Origin: an uncultured delta proteobacterium
GTDB taxonomy: Bacteria > Myxococcota > Kuafuiibacteriia > Kuafuiibacteriales > Kuafuiibacteriaceae
NCBI GenBank assembly: GCA_963803435.1
Contig: CAWDML010000001.1
Span: 2,400,001-2,464,000 of the forward strand
Direction: 5' to 3'
Length of the DNA: 64,000 nucleotides
The notes beneath the pieces are model-generated. The model was not told where the DNA came from. It did not search any database and worked only from the letters and a program-made list of their open reading frames with translations. The translations under genes were made by a program, and so were the position numbers. Below, one piece after another: positions 1 to 9,760 of this stretch (positions are counted from its first letter, which is position 1; every line of letters begins with the position of its first letter).

Positions 1-126
1 CGCCAATGCCACCTCGTAGAACGCCTTTGAGCGCGCGTAGTCCGTCACGTTGACACCGATGTGATCGAGGATGTGCTCCATGTGGCCTCCGTCCCATGCA
101 CGTCGGCCCGATGCCAGCGGAAAGCG

Positions 127-1692
127 TCAGAACAACCGTCGTCGGGCAACGTAGTAGACGATGTCGCGGGGAGACACGAGACGCTCGCCCGCGGAAGGAT
201 TCAGCGTCCCCTTCACCTGCCCAATCGTGACTCTCGCGAAGCCGATCGCAAGGCCGCTCTTGGCCTTGCACAGCTTCTCAACCTCTTCGTAGCGGACGCC
301 GCCTGCGCCCCAGATCGGCAGCTCTCCGATTCCGACCGAGAAGAGTTGGTTCTCCCCCGCAGAGGAGAAGAGCTCCAGCAAGATATCGCTCGAGCCGGCC
401 ACCGCCACCGAGTTCGCGATCATTCCTCCGATCACCTCTCCTGAAACGAACACCTCGTTTGCTGTGGCGACCGATTCCCGCAGAGCGCGAGCATTCTCAG
501 ACTCGAGCATCTGCGTGATCGTGTACAAGGCGTCTTCGTCGTCGCGGCAGTTCTGCTCCCGAGCGATCCTCTCCGCGAGCATGGTGGTCATCAGCGTGCG
601 TGCATCCACGTCCTCTATAGTCTGATCCCCCCGCTGCTCAGCGAGAACGATCAGACACGGATGCGACCAGGTCCCTTCGCGAAAGATCACTTTCCGTAAC
701 ACTGAGTCCTTCGTGAAGTCCTCATGTATCACCTTATATCTCTGTTGAATCTCGAGCGGTACGTCATCGGAGCGCGAGATGATGACGACCTTGTCGAGCT
801 CGACCGCCGTGAACTCACGAATGATGCTTTCCCCCGCCTTATTCCAGCCACAGATGATGACGTGCTGGTCGTAGTCGTCTGACTTCCATCGTTCGGCCTT
901 CATGTTCACCATCAGCTCCAAAAGTGATGCACCGACGAGACCCGCAGGAACGGCCACGAAGCCAACCCCGAGAATCATCAAGAGCGCCGCGAGGACACGA
1001 CCCAACGCCGTCTTCGGAAGCACGTCGCCGTAGCCAGTTGACGTAATCGTAACCACCGCCCACCAGATCGAGTCTCCGATGCTGCGGAGCCCTTCGTTGC
1101 GGTCCTCCGGCAAAACGCCGACGTGAGGACCTTCGACCTCCCAGAGCAGGTTCGACGCGATGAGCAGAACGACGAAGACCACGAACACCAAGACCAGGAG
1201 CTCGCGACTTCGCTGGCGGAGCACGACGCCCAACGAGTTGAGCGCAGCCGAGTATCGTGACAGCCGAAACAAGCGAAAGATGCGGAACAGCCGAATGATC
1301 CTCACCCATGCCAGACTGAAGTCCACGGCCGGCACGATCGCGCTCACGTAGAAGGGAAGGATCGCGAGGAGATCGATCAGCTGTAGCGGTTGCCGAGCCG
1401 CACGCAGCCGGCAGATCAACCCCTCGCGCCACGTATGCACGATTCGAGGGTTCTGCGACCGCGGCCAATCAGCCGTCCAGATCCTGACCAGGTATTCGAC
1501 GGTAAAGACCGAGATGGCAACCGTCTCGAAGAGTTTGATCGTTCGGTCGCCGAGGTAACTCTTTAACTGGACCTCGAGTGTGGCCACAGCCACCGAACCG
1601 ATGATGAAGATCAGGATCGCCGCATTGACGGCCTTGGCCGTTCTCGACGAACCCTCCAACGCGGAGTACAGGGCGTGCTTCGTCTTGGACAA
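127..1692 (-). CDS. 6-TM voltage-gated-type potassium channel with C-terminal RCK/TrkA-N domain
   Basis: Pore/filter WWAVVTITSTGYGDVLP; S4-like RIIRLFRIFRLFRLSRY; RCK start HVIICGWNKAG. Confidence 0.9.
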   Translation of the reverse strand: MSKTKHALYSALEGSSRTAKAVNAAILIFIIGSVAVATLEVQLKSYLGDRTIKLFETVAISVFTVEYLVRIWTADWPRSQNPRIVHTWREGLICRLRAARQPLQLIDLLAILPFYVSAIVPAVDFSLAWVRIIRLFRIFRLFRLSRYSAALNSLGVVLRQRSRELLVLVFVVFVVLLIASNLLWEVEGPHVGVLPEDRNEGLRSIGDSIWWAVVTITSTGYGDVLPKTALGRVLAALLMILGVGFVAVPAGLVGASLLELMVNMKAERWKSDDYDQHVIICGWNKAGESIIREFTAVELDKVVIISRSDDVPLEIQQRYKVIHEDFTKDSVLRKVIFREGTWSHPCLIVLAEQRGDQTIEDVDARTLMTTMLAERIAREQNCRDDEDALYTITQMLESENARALRESVATANEVFVSGEVIGGMIANSVAVAGSSDILLELFSSAGENQLFSVGIGELPIWGAGGVRYEEVEKLCKAKSGLAIGFARVTIGQVKGTLNPSAGERLVSPRDIVYYVARRRLF

Positions 1693-1788
1693 GAGAGTCG
1701 GAATCGCGTGCGAAGACTCGCACAGATCTCTCGATGGTCCAACTGTCCCTTGGTTCAGTGGGAAATCGGCGGCACGCGCGACCCGCCT

Positions 1789-2562
1789 CTACCCCTGAAC
1801 GACCGCCGGCATTCGGTCGCGGCCGAGCGTGGAATTGTCCACCACGATCTGCGCCGAGAACACCAGGTCGTTCGCGATCGGGATCCCGGCGGCGTCGGCG
1901 GCGGAGAGGAGGGTGTTGGCGAGGACGATGTGGGGCCGATGCTCCAGGGAGCCGCGGGTAAACAGGTGGTGGCCCTCGAACTCGGCCTCGTTGTCGAGGA
2001 CGCGGCTGGTCCAGATGTCGAGCTGGGCGCCGTCGATGACCGCGATCGCGCCGCCGCGGACGGCCGCGTTCTCGGCGACGATCGAGGCGGAGAGCTCGGC
2101 CCTGGCCTCGCCGCCGATGTAGAGGGCGCCGCCCTCGTAGGCTCGGTTCTGAACGATCGTGCACTCGTTGATGAACAGCTGTCCGCGATCGATCGCGACG
2201 GCACCACCGCAGCCCGACTTGGCCATGTTGCGCATGATGGTCAGCCCGAGGAGGTGGACCTGGGCACCGTTGTCGATCGAGATGCCCGCGCCGTGGTTCG
2301 AGCGGCCGCCGGTGACGGTGAGCTCCTCGAGGTGGACCTCGCCCTCGGTCGCGTCCACGCAGATCGTCGATCCCTTGCCGGTCCCGTCGATCGTGGTGCG
2401 ATCCGCGCCGGAGCCGCGGATCGTGATCGGCTTGTCGATGACGACGCGGCCGCGGACTCGTCCAGGGCCGAGCTGAAGGATCGAGCCGGGCTTCGCCGCG
2501 TCAATGCGGGCCTGGAGGTCCTCGGCGGTCATGGTCTGGGAGTTGCGCTTCTCGATGGCCAT
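1789..2562 (-). CDS. Right-handed parallel beta-helix (pectin-lyase-like) protein
   Basis: DLQARIDAAKPGSILQLGPG..IDKPITIRG start; repeated N-x-A-x-x-GGA(L/I/V) coils; GGAGG RBS; starts 4 nt after the upstream stop. Confidence 0.8.
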   Translation of the reverse strand: MAIEKRNSQTMTAEDLQARIDAAKPGSILQLGPGRVRGRVVIDKPITIRGSGADRTTIDGTGKGSTICVDATEGEVHLEELTVTGGRSNHGAGISIDNGAQVHLLGLTIMRNMAKSGCGGAVAIDRGQLFINECTIVQNRAYEGGALYIGGEARAELSASIVAENAAVRGGAIAVIDGAQLDIWTSRVLDNEAEFEGHHLFTRGSLEHRPHIVLANTLLSAADAAGIPIANDLVFSAQIVVDNSTLGRDRMPAVVQG

Positions 2563-2566
2563 GTCA

Positions 2567-3530
2567 TCAACCTCCGCTCACGAACAAGGCCGCGCAGTTG
2601 GCGCGCACGTCGTCGAGCTTGACCTCGTGGATCATGTTCTCGAGGGAGCGGGTACCGCCCTTGGTTCCCCAGGGGTTGTAGACCTTCACCATGCGCTCGC
2701 CCGCCTTCTCGTAGAGGTCGAGCACCGCGTACGAGTGCTCGGGGTGCATCGGCGTGGAGACGCCGCTCTCGCGGGTCGCGAGCACCATGGCACAGCTGTC
2801 GCGTCGGCCCTCGACAATCCGGCTCGCGAGCCGGTCGATGTCAGTGGCCGCGTGAATGCTCATGCGGACGCTCGGCTTGCCTGTGAGCAGCTCGAGCGCG
2901 CGCGACGGGTTCCCGATCTCCAGCGCGCCGTACGAGTTGCCCTCGCGCTTGGCGAACGCCTTCTCGAAGAGCGCCACCCACAGCGTGTCCGTCTGCGCGT
3001 TCGGGATCGGATCGGCGTAGCCCTCCGCAGAGAACTCCGGCGACACCCAGAATCTCGACCTTGCCGAGACGAACACCGAACTCGTCGTCCGCGTTCTTCG
3101 ACTTGTCGCACCGCTTCAGGAGGTGCTGCGGCGACGTGTACGCGACCGCGGCGAGGCTGGAGAGCAGCCACGAGTCGCCGAGGTTGCCCTGGTCGACGTC
3201 GCTGAACGTCGGCGGCACCGTCCGGCCGTTCTTGTCGGTGCGGAACGCGTCGCCCTCGACGTAGCGAACACCGGGGCTGTGCCCCGGCGGGCAGAGGACG
3301 TCGTTGTCCTTCTTGCTGCGACGATCGTCGATGATCTCGACGAGCATCGCGTTGCTGGGGTCGTCCCGGTCGATCCGGTCGGCGCGGGCCTCATCGACCT
3401 GGCCGCCCTTCTTCGACTTCTTCGCCGCGCCGCCGCGGCCGACTCCCGTATATCCCTGTATGATGCCGGTTCGACCGGCATTGACGAGCGAGCTGGCTCC
3501 CGCGCCGCTCGATCCACCATTCCCGAGCAT
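2567..3530 (-). CDS. Calpain-like (peptidase C2) protein with catalytic Cys replaced by Ser; frameshift near 3058
   Basis: DVDQGNLGDSWLLSSLAAVA in one frame, then LWVALFEKAFAK, HSYAV and VYNPWG in the next frame; ATG at 3530. Confidence 0.8.
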
Positions 3531-3543
3531 GCGCTGGTCCCTC

Positions 3544-3558
3544 GCACACGATGTACCA
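3544..3558 (-). promoter_or_regulatory. Putative sigma54 -24/-12 promoter for the calpain-like/beta-helix operon
   Basis: Minus strand TGGTACATCGTGTGC (GG-N10-GC), 13 nt before ATG 3530. Confidence 0.55.
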
Positions 3559-3749
3559 GCCGAAATCGCTCGGACGAGTCGCGCCGGACGCCCAAGACCC
3601 ACGGAGAGTGGCAGCTCCTGCAGGTCCCCGTCCGCCCCGACGGCCTCCGCCCTCGCCTACTTGCAGCTCCTGCGCGAAGCCGAACGCGGAGCCTGCATTT
3701 CCCAAGAAATCCGCTGCCTTGAGGAAGAGCCGGGCGAGCGGTTTCGGGG

Positions 3750-3764
3750 CGGCACGGGCCTTGA
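3750..3764 (+). promoter_or_regulatory. Putative sigma54-type promoter for the T3SS export-gate operon
   Basis: CGGCACGGGCCTTGA (GG-N10-GA, non-canonical -12), 13 nt before ATG 3778. Confidence 0.5.
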
Positions 3765-3777
3765 ACAGACCGCCCGC

Positions 3778-4200
3778 ATGACCGCGGCTGCCATCGGCGA
3801 CCTCAACCAGGCCCTGACCCGATTGCCGATCGAGACCACCACCCCCGACGCGCGTCCGGGCGCCCGGACCGAGGCCCACCTCGGCATCAAGGAGCTCGAC
3901 GCGCTCCGGGCCCTCGACATGGTGGCCCCGCCCGAGGCCGCCGACCTGGCCGAGCCGCTGGTCGAGCTTTACCGGGGAACGCTCACTTCGGGCGACCACC
4001 TCCGACTCGAGAAGCGCACCAACTTCAGCGGGCCCGCCATCCGCGCTGCAGTCGGCCGCATCCTCACCGCCGATGTCACCGCCGTCGCCGGTGGCCAGGA
4101 CTCCGTGATCAAGGAAGCCAAGATGCGCCGCGTGCTCCAGGCGCTCGACGGCGCTGTCGCCGACATCCAGCGCCGCGCTGCTCTCAGCACGAGGGATTGA
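3778..4200 (+). CDS. Small helical protein (140 aa), positional SctX/YscX candidate
   Basis: ATG 3778; stop 1 nt before the chaperone ATG; size and position match the X-Y-V order. No sequence motif recognised. Confidence 0.5.
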   Translation: MTAAAIGDLNQALTRLPIETTTPDARPGARTEAHLGIKELDALRALDMVAPPEAADLAEPLVELYRGTLTSGDHLRLEKRTNFSGPAIRAAVGRILTADVTAVAGGQDSVIKEAKMRRVLQALDGAVADIQRRAALSTRD

Positions 4201-4201
4201 A

Positions 4202-4858
4202 ATGACTACCGCACGTCGTCCCCAGAAATCGAACCCGAAGGTCAAGTCCCACAAGAAGGACACGACCCCCAAGGCGCTCGCCCACCGCCCGATGCAGGCG
4301 CCCGCGAACAAGGCGTACGTGGTCGAAGTCGAGGACCTCGCCCTCGAGGTCAGCGAGATCAACCCGTTCAAGACCGCCTTCTTCAACTCGATCGCGAAGG
4401 TGAAGGCCCTGACCGCCCACGGACAGATGCGCTCGGTCGACGGCAAGAAGCGGACGCTGGCCCAGGCGCGCGGCTATGGCCGTGACGACCTCTTCGCGAT
4501 CGCGGAGATCGGCTACCACTACCTCTTCTCCGGCGGCCTGACGCTGGCGCTCACGATCTTCGAGGGGCTGAACGCGGTCGCGCCGGACGAGGCGTACTTC
4601 GCGCTGGCGCTCGGCCTCACGCACGATCACCTCGACCAGCGGGCCGAGGCCAACAAGTGGTACAAGCTCGCCGCCGAGCTCGATCCCACCGACGGCCGCG
4701 CGGACGTGAACCGCGCCGAGCTGTTCCTCCAGGCGGGCGACAAGGTCTCCGCCAAGAAGCTGCTGTCGCGGGGCGCCCAGAAGGCCCGCAACCGCGGCGA
4801 TCAGCCGCTGGCCCGCAAGGCGATGGCGCTGATCAATCATCTCGAGCGCGCGGCGTAG
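4202..4858 (+). CDS. TPR chaperone, SycD/LcrH- or SctY(YscY)-like
   Basis: LFAIAEIGYHYLFSG..ALTIFEGL...P.EAYFALALG TPR pattern; immediately upstream of sctV. Confidence 0.75.
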   Translation: MTTARRPQKSNPKVKSHKKDTTPKALAHRPMQAPANKAYVVEVEDLALEVSEINPFKTAFFNSIAKVKALTAHGQMRSVDGKKRTLAQARGYGRDDLFAIAEIGYHYLFSGGLTLALTIFEGLNAVAPDEAYFALALGLTHDHLDQRAEANKWYKLAAELDPTDGRADVNRAELFLQAGDKVSAKKLLSRGAQKARNRGDQPLARKAMALINHLERAA

Positions 4859-4884
4859 CCGCCGATCAAAGGGAGGACCAGGTC

Positions 4885-7050
4885 ATGTTGAAAGCACTCG
4901 CCGCTCTTCCGATCGGTGGCCTCGCACGACGCCCCGACATCATCCTCGCGCTGATGGTCTCCGCGATCGTCGCGATGCTGATCGTCCCGCTGCCGTTGTT
5001 CCTGATCGACGGCCTGATCGCGGTGAACATCGCCATCTCTCTGATCGTCCTGCTGGTCGCGCTTTTCGCCGCCAAGGCGCTCGACGTCAGCTCGTTCCCG
5101 ACCCTGCTCCTCATCACGACGCTCTTCCGCCTGGGCCTCAACGTCTCGACGACGAGGAACATCCTCTCCCACGCCGAGGCCGGCGAGGTCGTGACCGCGT
5201 TCGGCAAGTTCGTGGTTCAGGGCGACCTGGTCGTGGGGATGGTGATCTTCATCGTGATCACGCTGGTGCAGTTCCTGGTGATCGCGAAGGGCGCCGAGCG
5301 CGTCGCCGAGGTGGGCGCCCGCTTCACGCTGGACGCGATGCCCGGCAAGCAGATGTCGATCGACGCCGCCTGCCGCTCCGGCTCCATCACCGAGGAGGAG
5401 GCTCAGGACCGCCGCGACGAGCTGACCCGCGCGTCGCAGATGTTCGGCAACATGGACGGCGCGATGAAGTTCGTGAAAGGCGACGCGATCGCCGGCCTGA
5501 TCATCACCGCGATCAACATCGTCGCCGGCATCGTCATCGGCGTGTTCCGCCTCCACATGGACCTGGGCTCCGCGGCTCAGACGTTCTGCATCCTCACCGT
5601 CGGCGACGGCCTGGTGGCCCAGATCTCCGCCCTCCTGATCACGCTGGCTTCGGGCATCCTGGTGACCCGCGTCGAGTCCAAGGACAAGAACGAGAACATC
5701 GGCTTCTCGATGAAGCGCGAGATCCTGGGCAACGCCAAGGTCCTCAACATCGGCGCCGGCCTGATGCTGGTGATGGCGATCGTCCCCGGCCTCCCGGCCA
5801 TCCCGTTCGTCGCCTGCGCGGCCTTCGTCTTCTCCCTGAACGTGTCGAACATGTTCCTCCCCATCCTGATGAAGCGGGCCAAGAAGAACCCCGGCACCAC
5901 CACCATCGCCCGGCAGCTCGCGTTCAAGGAGAAGCTCGACAAGAAGGTCGAGGAGGCGAAGAAGCAGAAGAGCCTGACCGACAAGCTCTCCCCATCGGTG
6001 GTCCCCATCGGCATCGACATCGATCCGAAGCTCTCCGAGTACCTCGACTTCATCGACGAGGAGCAGGACGACGACAACGAGCTGCTCAGCATCTACATCC
6101 CGCAGCTCCGCGACGCGCTCTACCTCGAAACCGGCGTCCGCTTCCCCGGCGTCCGGGTCCGCCCGCAGATGCGCACGCTCCCCGAGTTCACCTTCGTCGT
6201 CCGGATCAACGACGTCCCGGTGCTCCAGGAGCGGATCGCCGCCGGCCACCTCCTGGCCACCGCCTCACCCGAGAAGCTTCAGCGGCTCGCCATCAACGCG
6301 AAGCCGATCCAGCACCCGATCAGCAAGGCCAAGATGTCCCTGATCGAGGAGAGCCAGCGCGAGGTCGTCGAGGCCGCCGGCATCACCGTGTGGAACGCCG
6401 CCGGCATGGTGGCCCTCTACGTCGCGGGGGTGCTCCGCAAGAAGGCCAAGGGCTTCATCGGCCTCCAGGAGGTCAGCGAGCTCATGGAGCGGCTCGAAAA
6501 GGCCTACCCCGCCCTGGTCAAGGAGGTCATCCCGAAGGTCGCCACCATCCCGCAGCTGGTGAACGTCCTCCGACGCCTGGTCGACGAGAACGTCTCCATC
6601 CGCGACCTCAAGACGATCGTCGAAGCGCTCGGCGAGTTCGGCACCATGGACAACGACGGCCTCTACCTCACCGAGAAGGTGCGCTCCTCCCTCTCCGGCC
6701 AGCTCGCCTACGCCTACGCCGGCCTCGAGAACCGCCTCCCTGTCGTGATGCTCGACCCGATCATCGAAGACACCATCTCGAGCGGCATCGTCCGCAGAGC
6801 CCAGGGCCAGACCCTCTCCCTCGAGGCTGAGATTGTCCGCCAGATTGTCCAGACCGTCGCCGCCGCCCTCCAGCCCATGGTGGCCCAGGGCAAGCGCCCG
6901 GTCATCCTCACCAACCCGGAGATCCGCCGCTTCGTCCGCAAGCTCGTCGAGACCGACCTCCCGTCCGTCGCCGTCCTCTCCTACGACGAGCTCCCGCTCG
7001 ACCTCACGATCCAGCCCATGGGCCGCGCCACGCTGCCCGAGGCCGCATAG
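4885..7050 (+). CDS. sctV: Type III secretion export gate protein SctV (LcrD/FlhA, FHIPEP family)
   Basis: FPTLLLITTLFRLGLNVSTTR, QFLVIAKGAERVAEVGARFTLDAMPGKQMSIDA, MDGAMKFVKGDAIAG, VSIRDLKTI; GGGAGG RBS before ATG 4885. Confidence 0.93.
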   Translation: MLKALAALPIGGLARRPDIILALMVSAIVAMLIVPLPLFLIDGLIAVNIAISLIVLLVALFAAKALDVSSFPTLLLITTLFRLGLNVSTTRNILSHAEAGEVVTAFGKFVVQGDLVVGMVIFIVITLVQFLVIAKGAERVAEVGARFTLDAMPGKQMSIDAACRSGSITEEEAQDRRDELTRASQMFGNMDGAMKFVKGDAIAGLIITAINIVAGIVIGVFRLHMDLGSAAQTFCILTVGDGLVAQISALLITLASGILVTRVESKDKNENIGFSMKREILGNAKVLNIGAGLMLVMAIVPGLPAIPFVACAAFVFSLNVSNMFLPILMKRAKKNPGTTTIARQLAFKEKLDKKVEEAKKQKSLTDKLSPSVVPIGIDIDPKLSEYLDFIDEEQDDDNELLSIYIPQLRDALYLETGVRFPGVRVRPQMRTLPEFTFVVRINDVPVLQERIAAGHLLATASPEKLQRLAINAKPIQHPISKAKMSLIEESQREVVEAAGITVWNAAGMVALYVAGVLRKKAKGFIGLQEVSELMERLEKAYPALVKEVIPKVATIPQLVNVLRRLVDENVSIRDLKTIVEALGEFGTMDNDGLYLTEKVRSSLSGQLAYAYAGLENRLPVVMLDPIIEDTISSGIVRRAQGQTLSLEAEIVRQIVQTVAAALQPMVAQGKRPVILTNPEIRRFVRKLVETDLPSVAVLSYDELPLDLTIQPMGRATLPEAA

Positions 7051-7207
7051 GCTTCGGCAGCGCGCCCTCAAAGCGCGGGAGGATGGGGCTCGGGAGGCGG
7101 GCTTGCTCGTTAGTTGGGGATGCCGGGGCTCCGTTGACCGAATCGCTTCGCGTTTTCCTTCGCACCGTGGTCGGCTTCGACTCTCCGCGGGCACTGCGGA
7201 GGAACGT

Positions 7208-9760
7208 CTACCGCCCGAAGATCCCGGTCAGCCAGCTCCAGACGCCCTTGGGGCGGTTCGCGTCTTCCTTCATCCGGGCGAGCTCGGCGTGGGTGAGTTG
7301 GGGGGGAAGGTCGAGCTTGCTGCGGAGGTCTTCCGGGGTGTCCTTGGTGCCGAATTGGGCTTCGACGGCTTTTCCGGTGCGGGTCTCGCGGGCGCTGAGG
7401 CGGAGGATGCACTCCTCGTTGATCTCGAGCTCGATGTCGACGGAGACGCCGCCGCGGGGGGCCTTGGGGAGGTTGGGGACGTGGAGCATGCCGAGGGGCT
7501 CGTTGTGTTGGACCCAGTCGTCTTCGCCTTGGAAGACGAGGATGTCGAAGGCCTTCTGGTGGTCGCGGGTGGTGTGGAGCGTGTACCTGCGTTTGACGGG
7601 GAGGCGGGTGTCGCGCTCGATGATCCGCTTGAAGCGGCCGCCGGGGAGGCCGACGCCGATCGACATGGGGAGCGCGTCGATCAGGACGATGTTGTCGAAG
7701 GTGCCGAGGGAGCCGGCGTATTGGGCGGCACCGAGGGCGACGGCGTAGTCGGGGTGGACGGAGGAGAGGGGCTGGCGGCCGAAGAGCTCGGCGACCTTGC
7801 GGCGGACCAGGGGGGTGCGGGTCTGGCCGCCGACCAGCAGGATATCGTGGACCTGAGAGAGCTTCACGCGGGCGCGGCGGCAGACCTCTTCGACCACGCG
7901 GAGGGTGCGGTCGACGAGGGGCTCGAAGGCTTGCTCCACCCTGGCCTGCTTGATCGGGACGGTGAGGCTGCGGGCGGCGTAGGGGTGCACGACCAGGTGC
8001 TCGATCTGGATCAGCGTGCTGACCATGGTGCTGAGATCGCGCTTGGCGCGCTCTGCGTAGTGGAGGAGCCGCGCGACGGCGAGCTGATCGGTCCGGGGAT
8101 CGATGTGTTCCTTCTCGACGAACGACTCCGCGAGCATCTCGGCGATACAGGCGTCGAAGTCGATGCCGCCGAGGAAGCTGTCGCCGCCGGTGGCGAGGAC
8201 CTCGTAGACCTGGCCGGTCACCTCGAGCAGGGAGACGTCGAAGGTGCCTCCGCCGAGGTCGTAGACGAGGAGCTTGCGGCCGTCGAAGGCCTGGTTGTAG
8301 CCGTAGTGGAGCGCCGCGGCGGTCGGCTCGTTGAGGACACGCTCGACGTGGAAGCCGGCCAGCTCGCCGGCCACGCGCACCGCTTCGCGCTGGCGCTCGT
8401 TGAAGTACGCGGGGCAGGTGATGACGGCGCGATTGACGCGGCCCTCGATCTGGAGACTGGCCGCTTCGCGGAGCTCGCGGAGGATGTCGGCTGCGACCTC
8501 CTCGAGCAGGAGCACGCGATCGTCGACCCGGATCGCCGCCTCGCCGTTTTCACCCTGGACGATCTCGTATGCGAAGTGGTCGCGCACCTCCTGGACGAGG
8601 GGCGAGTGGAAGGCGCGGCCCATGAGGCGCTTCGAACCCACGATCGCGCGCGACGCGTCGCTCTCGCCCTTCTTGATCGCGGCGTCTCCGATGATCGTGC
8701 GACCCGACTTGTCGTAATAGACGACGGACGGGATCGTCGGCTTGCCGCGCCGGGTCGCGAGGACACGCGCCTCGCCGTTCTCGACCATGGCGGCACACGA
8801 GAACGTGGTCCCCAGATCGATCCCGATGACGACGTCGCCCTTCGGTCCCAGCTCCTTCGCGCGGGCGATGCGCTTCTCGCTCCGCGATCGCGGTGCAGGC
8901 ACGGGCACCGGCGCGCGAAGCAACGTCTCCGAGATCGAGAGATCGTCGGCGAGATTCCGCGAGTTGGGACGGGGCGGAGGCGGGGGCGTGGGCGCCGGCG
9001 GGGCGAGCAGCTCGGCGTCGGCCTCGGGAAGATCCTCCGATTCGGGTCGCTTCTTTCCCCGGAGGATGGCGTCGGCCTCTTCGACGTCGGAGATCGTCTC
9101 GTCGATCAGCTTCTGGAAGTCGTGGGCCAGCGCCTCGCTCTCACCGGGCGGCGGCTCCAGCTCGAACACGGGAAGGCCGGCCGGCCCGACCGGGGCCAGC
9201 TCGGGCAGGGCGAGCTCGTCCTCGTCATCGATGAGGGCAATGCCGGCGTCGGAGAGCTCGGGGACATCGATGTCGATATCGACGTCATCGGGCTGGAGCC
9301 ACGACGGCCCCTCCTCCGGTTCCTCGTCGTCTATCTCGAAGGAGGGTTCGGTCTCGAGGACGTCGCTCACGTCGAAGTTCGGCGGCGCGAGCAGCGGCGC
9401 CTCGCCGGTGAAGAGCGCATCGGCCCAGCTGTTGGGGCGCGGCTTGGGTACCTTCACGGCAGGGGCCGGCTCGGCAGTGGTGAGGATCCGATCCACGAGC
9501 GACCGGCTGTCGGCTTCCCATTCGACATCGACCACGACGCCGTGGCCGCCCTCGGTCCGGACGTCGGCGACCGATCCACCGCCGCGCAGGGCCGTCTCAC
9601 CCGTGCGATAGCTCACTTCCACCCGCACCGGCGTCTGAACGGCGATGGGGTGATCCGTCTCGATGAAGATGCTGTGGGCCGTGAGGCGGTCCCGAAGGTC
9701 CGCCAGAAGGGCTTCGAATCCGTCGCCTTCGACGGTGACCGCCAACCGAACCGGAGCCAT
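7208..9760 (-). CDS. Hsp70-family protein with N-terminal PilZ-like (myxobacterial TIGR02266-type) domain and acidic Pro-rich linker; lacks the alpha-helical lid
   Basis: GIDLGTT, NEPTAAALHYG, VYDLGGGTFDVS, LVGGQTR; N-terminal SIFIETDHPIAVQTPVRVEV. Confidence 0.88.
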   Translation of the reverse strand: MAPVRLAVTVEGDGFEALLADLRDRLTAHSIFIETDHPIAVQTPVRVEVSYRTGETALRGGGSVADVRTEGGHGVVVDVEWEADSRSLVDRILTTAEPAPAVKVPKPRPNSWADALFTGEAPLLAPPNFDVSDVLETEPSFEIDDEEPEEGPSWLQPDDVDIDIDVPELSDAGIALIDDEDELALPELAPVGPAGLPVFELEPPPGESEALAHDFQKLIDETISDVEEADAILRGKKRPESEDLPEADAELLAPPAPTPPPPPRPNSRNLADDLSISETLLRAPVPVPAPRSRSEKRIARAKELGPKGDVVIGIDLGTTFSCAAMVENGEARVLATRRGKPTIPSVVYYDKSGRTIIGDAAIKKGESDASRAIVGSKRLMGRAFHSPLVQEVRDHFAYEIVQGENGEAAIRVDDRVLLLEEVAADILRELREAASLQIEGRVNRAVITCPAYFNERQREAVRVAGELAGFHVERVLNEPTAAALHYGYNQAFDGRKLLVYDLGGGTFDVSLLEVTGQVYEVLATGGDSFLGGIDFDACIAEMLAESFVEKEHIDPRTDQLAVARLLHYAERAKRDLSTMVSTLIQIEHLVVHPYAARSLTVPIKQARVEQAFEPLVDRTLRVVEEVCRRARVKLSQVHDILLVGGQTRTPLVRRKVAELFGRQPLSSVHPDYAVALGAAQYAGSLGTFDNIVLIDALPMSIGVGLPGGRFKRIIERDTRLPVKRRYTLHTTRDHQKAFDILVFQGEDDWVQHNEPLGMLHVPNLPKAPRGGVSVDIELEINEECILRLSARETRTGKAVEAQFGTKDTPEDLRSKLDLPPQLTHAELARMKEDANRPKGVWSWLTGIFGR

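Noticed and set aside
4885-7050. Flagellar flhA
   Set aside because: QFLVIAKGAERVAEV and FIGLQE signatures, the adjacent TPR chaperone and the absence of flhB/flhF favour injectisome-type SctV
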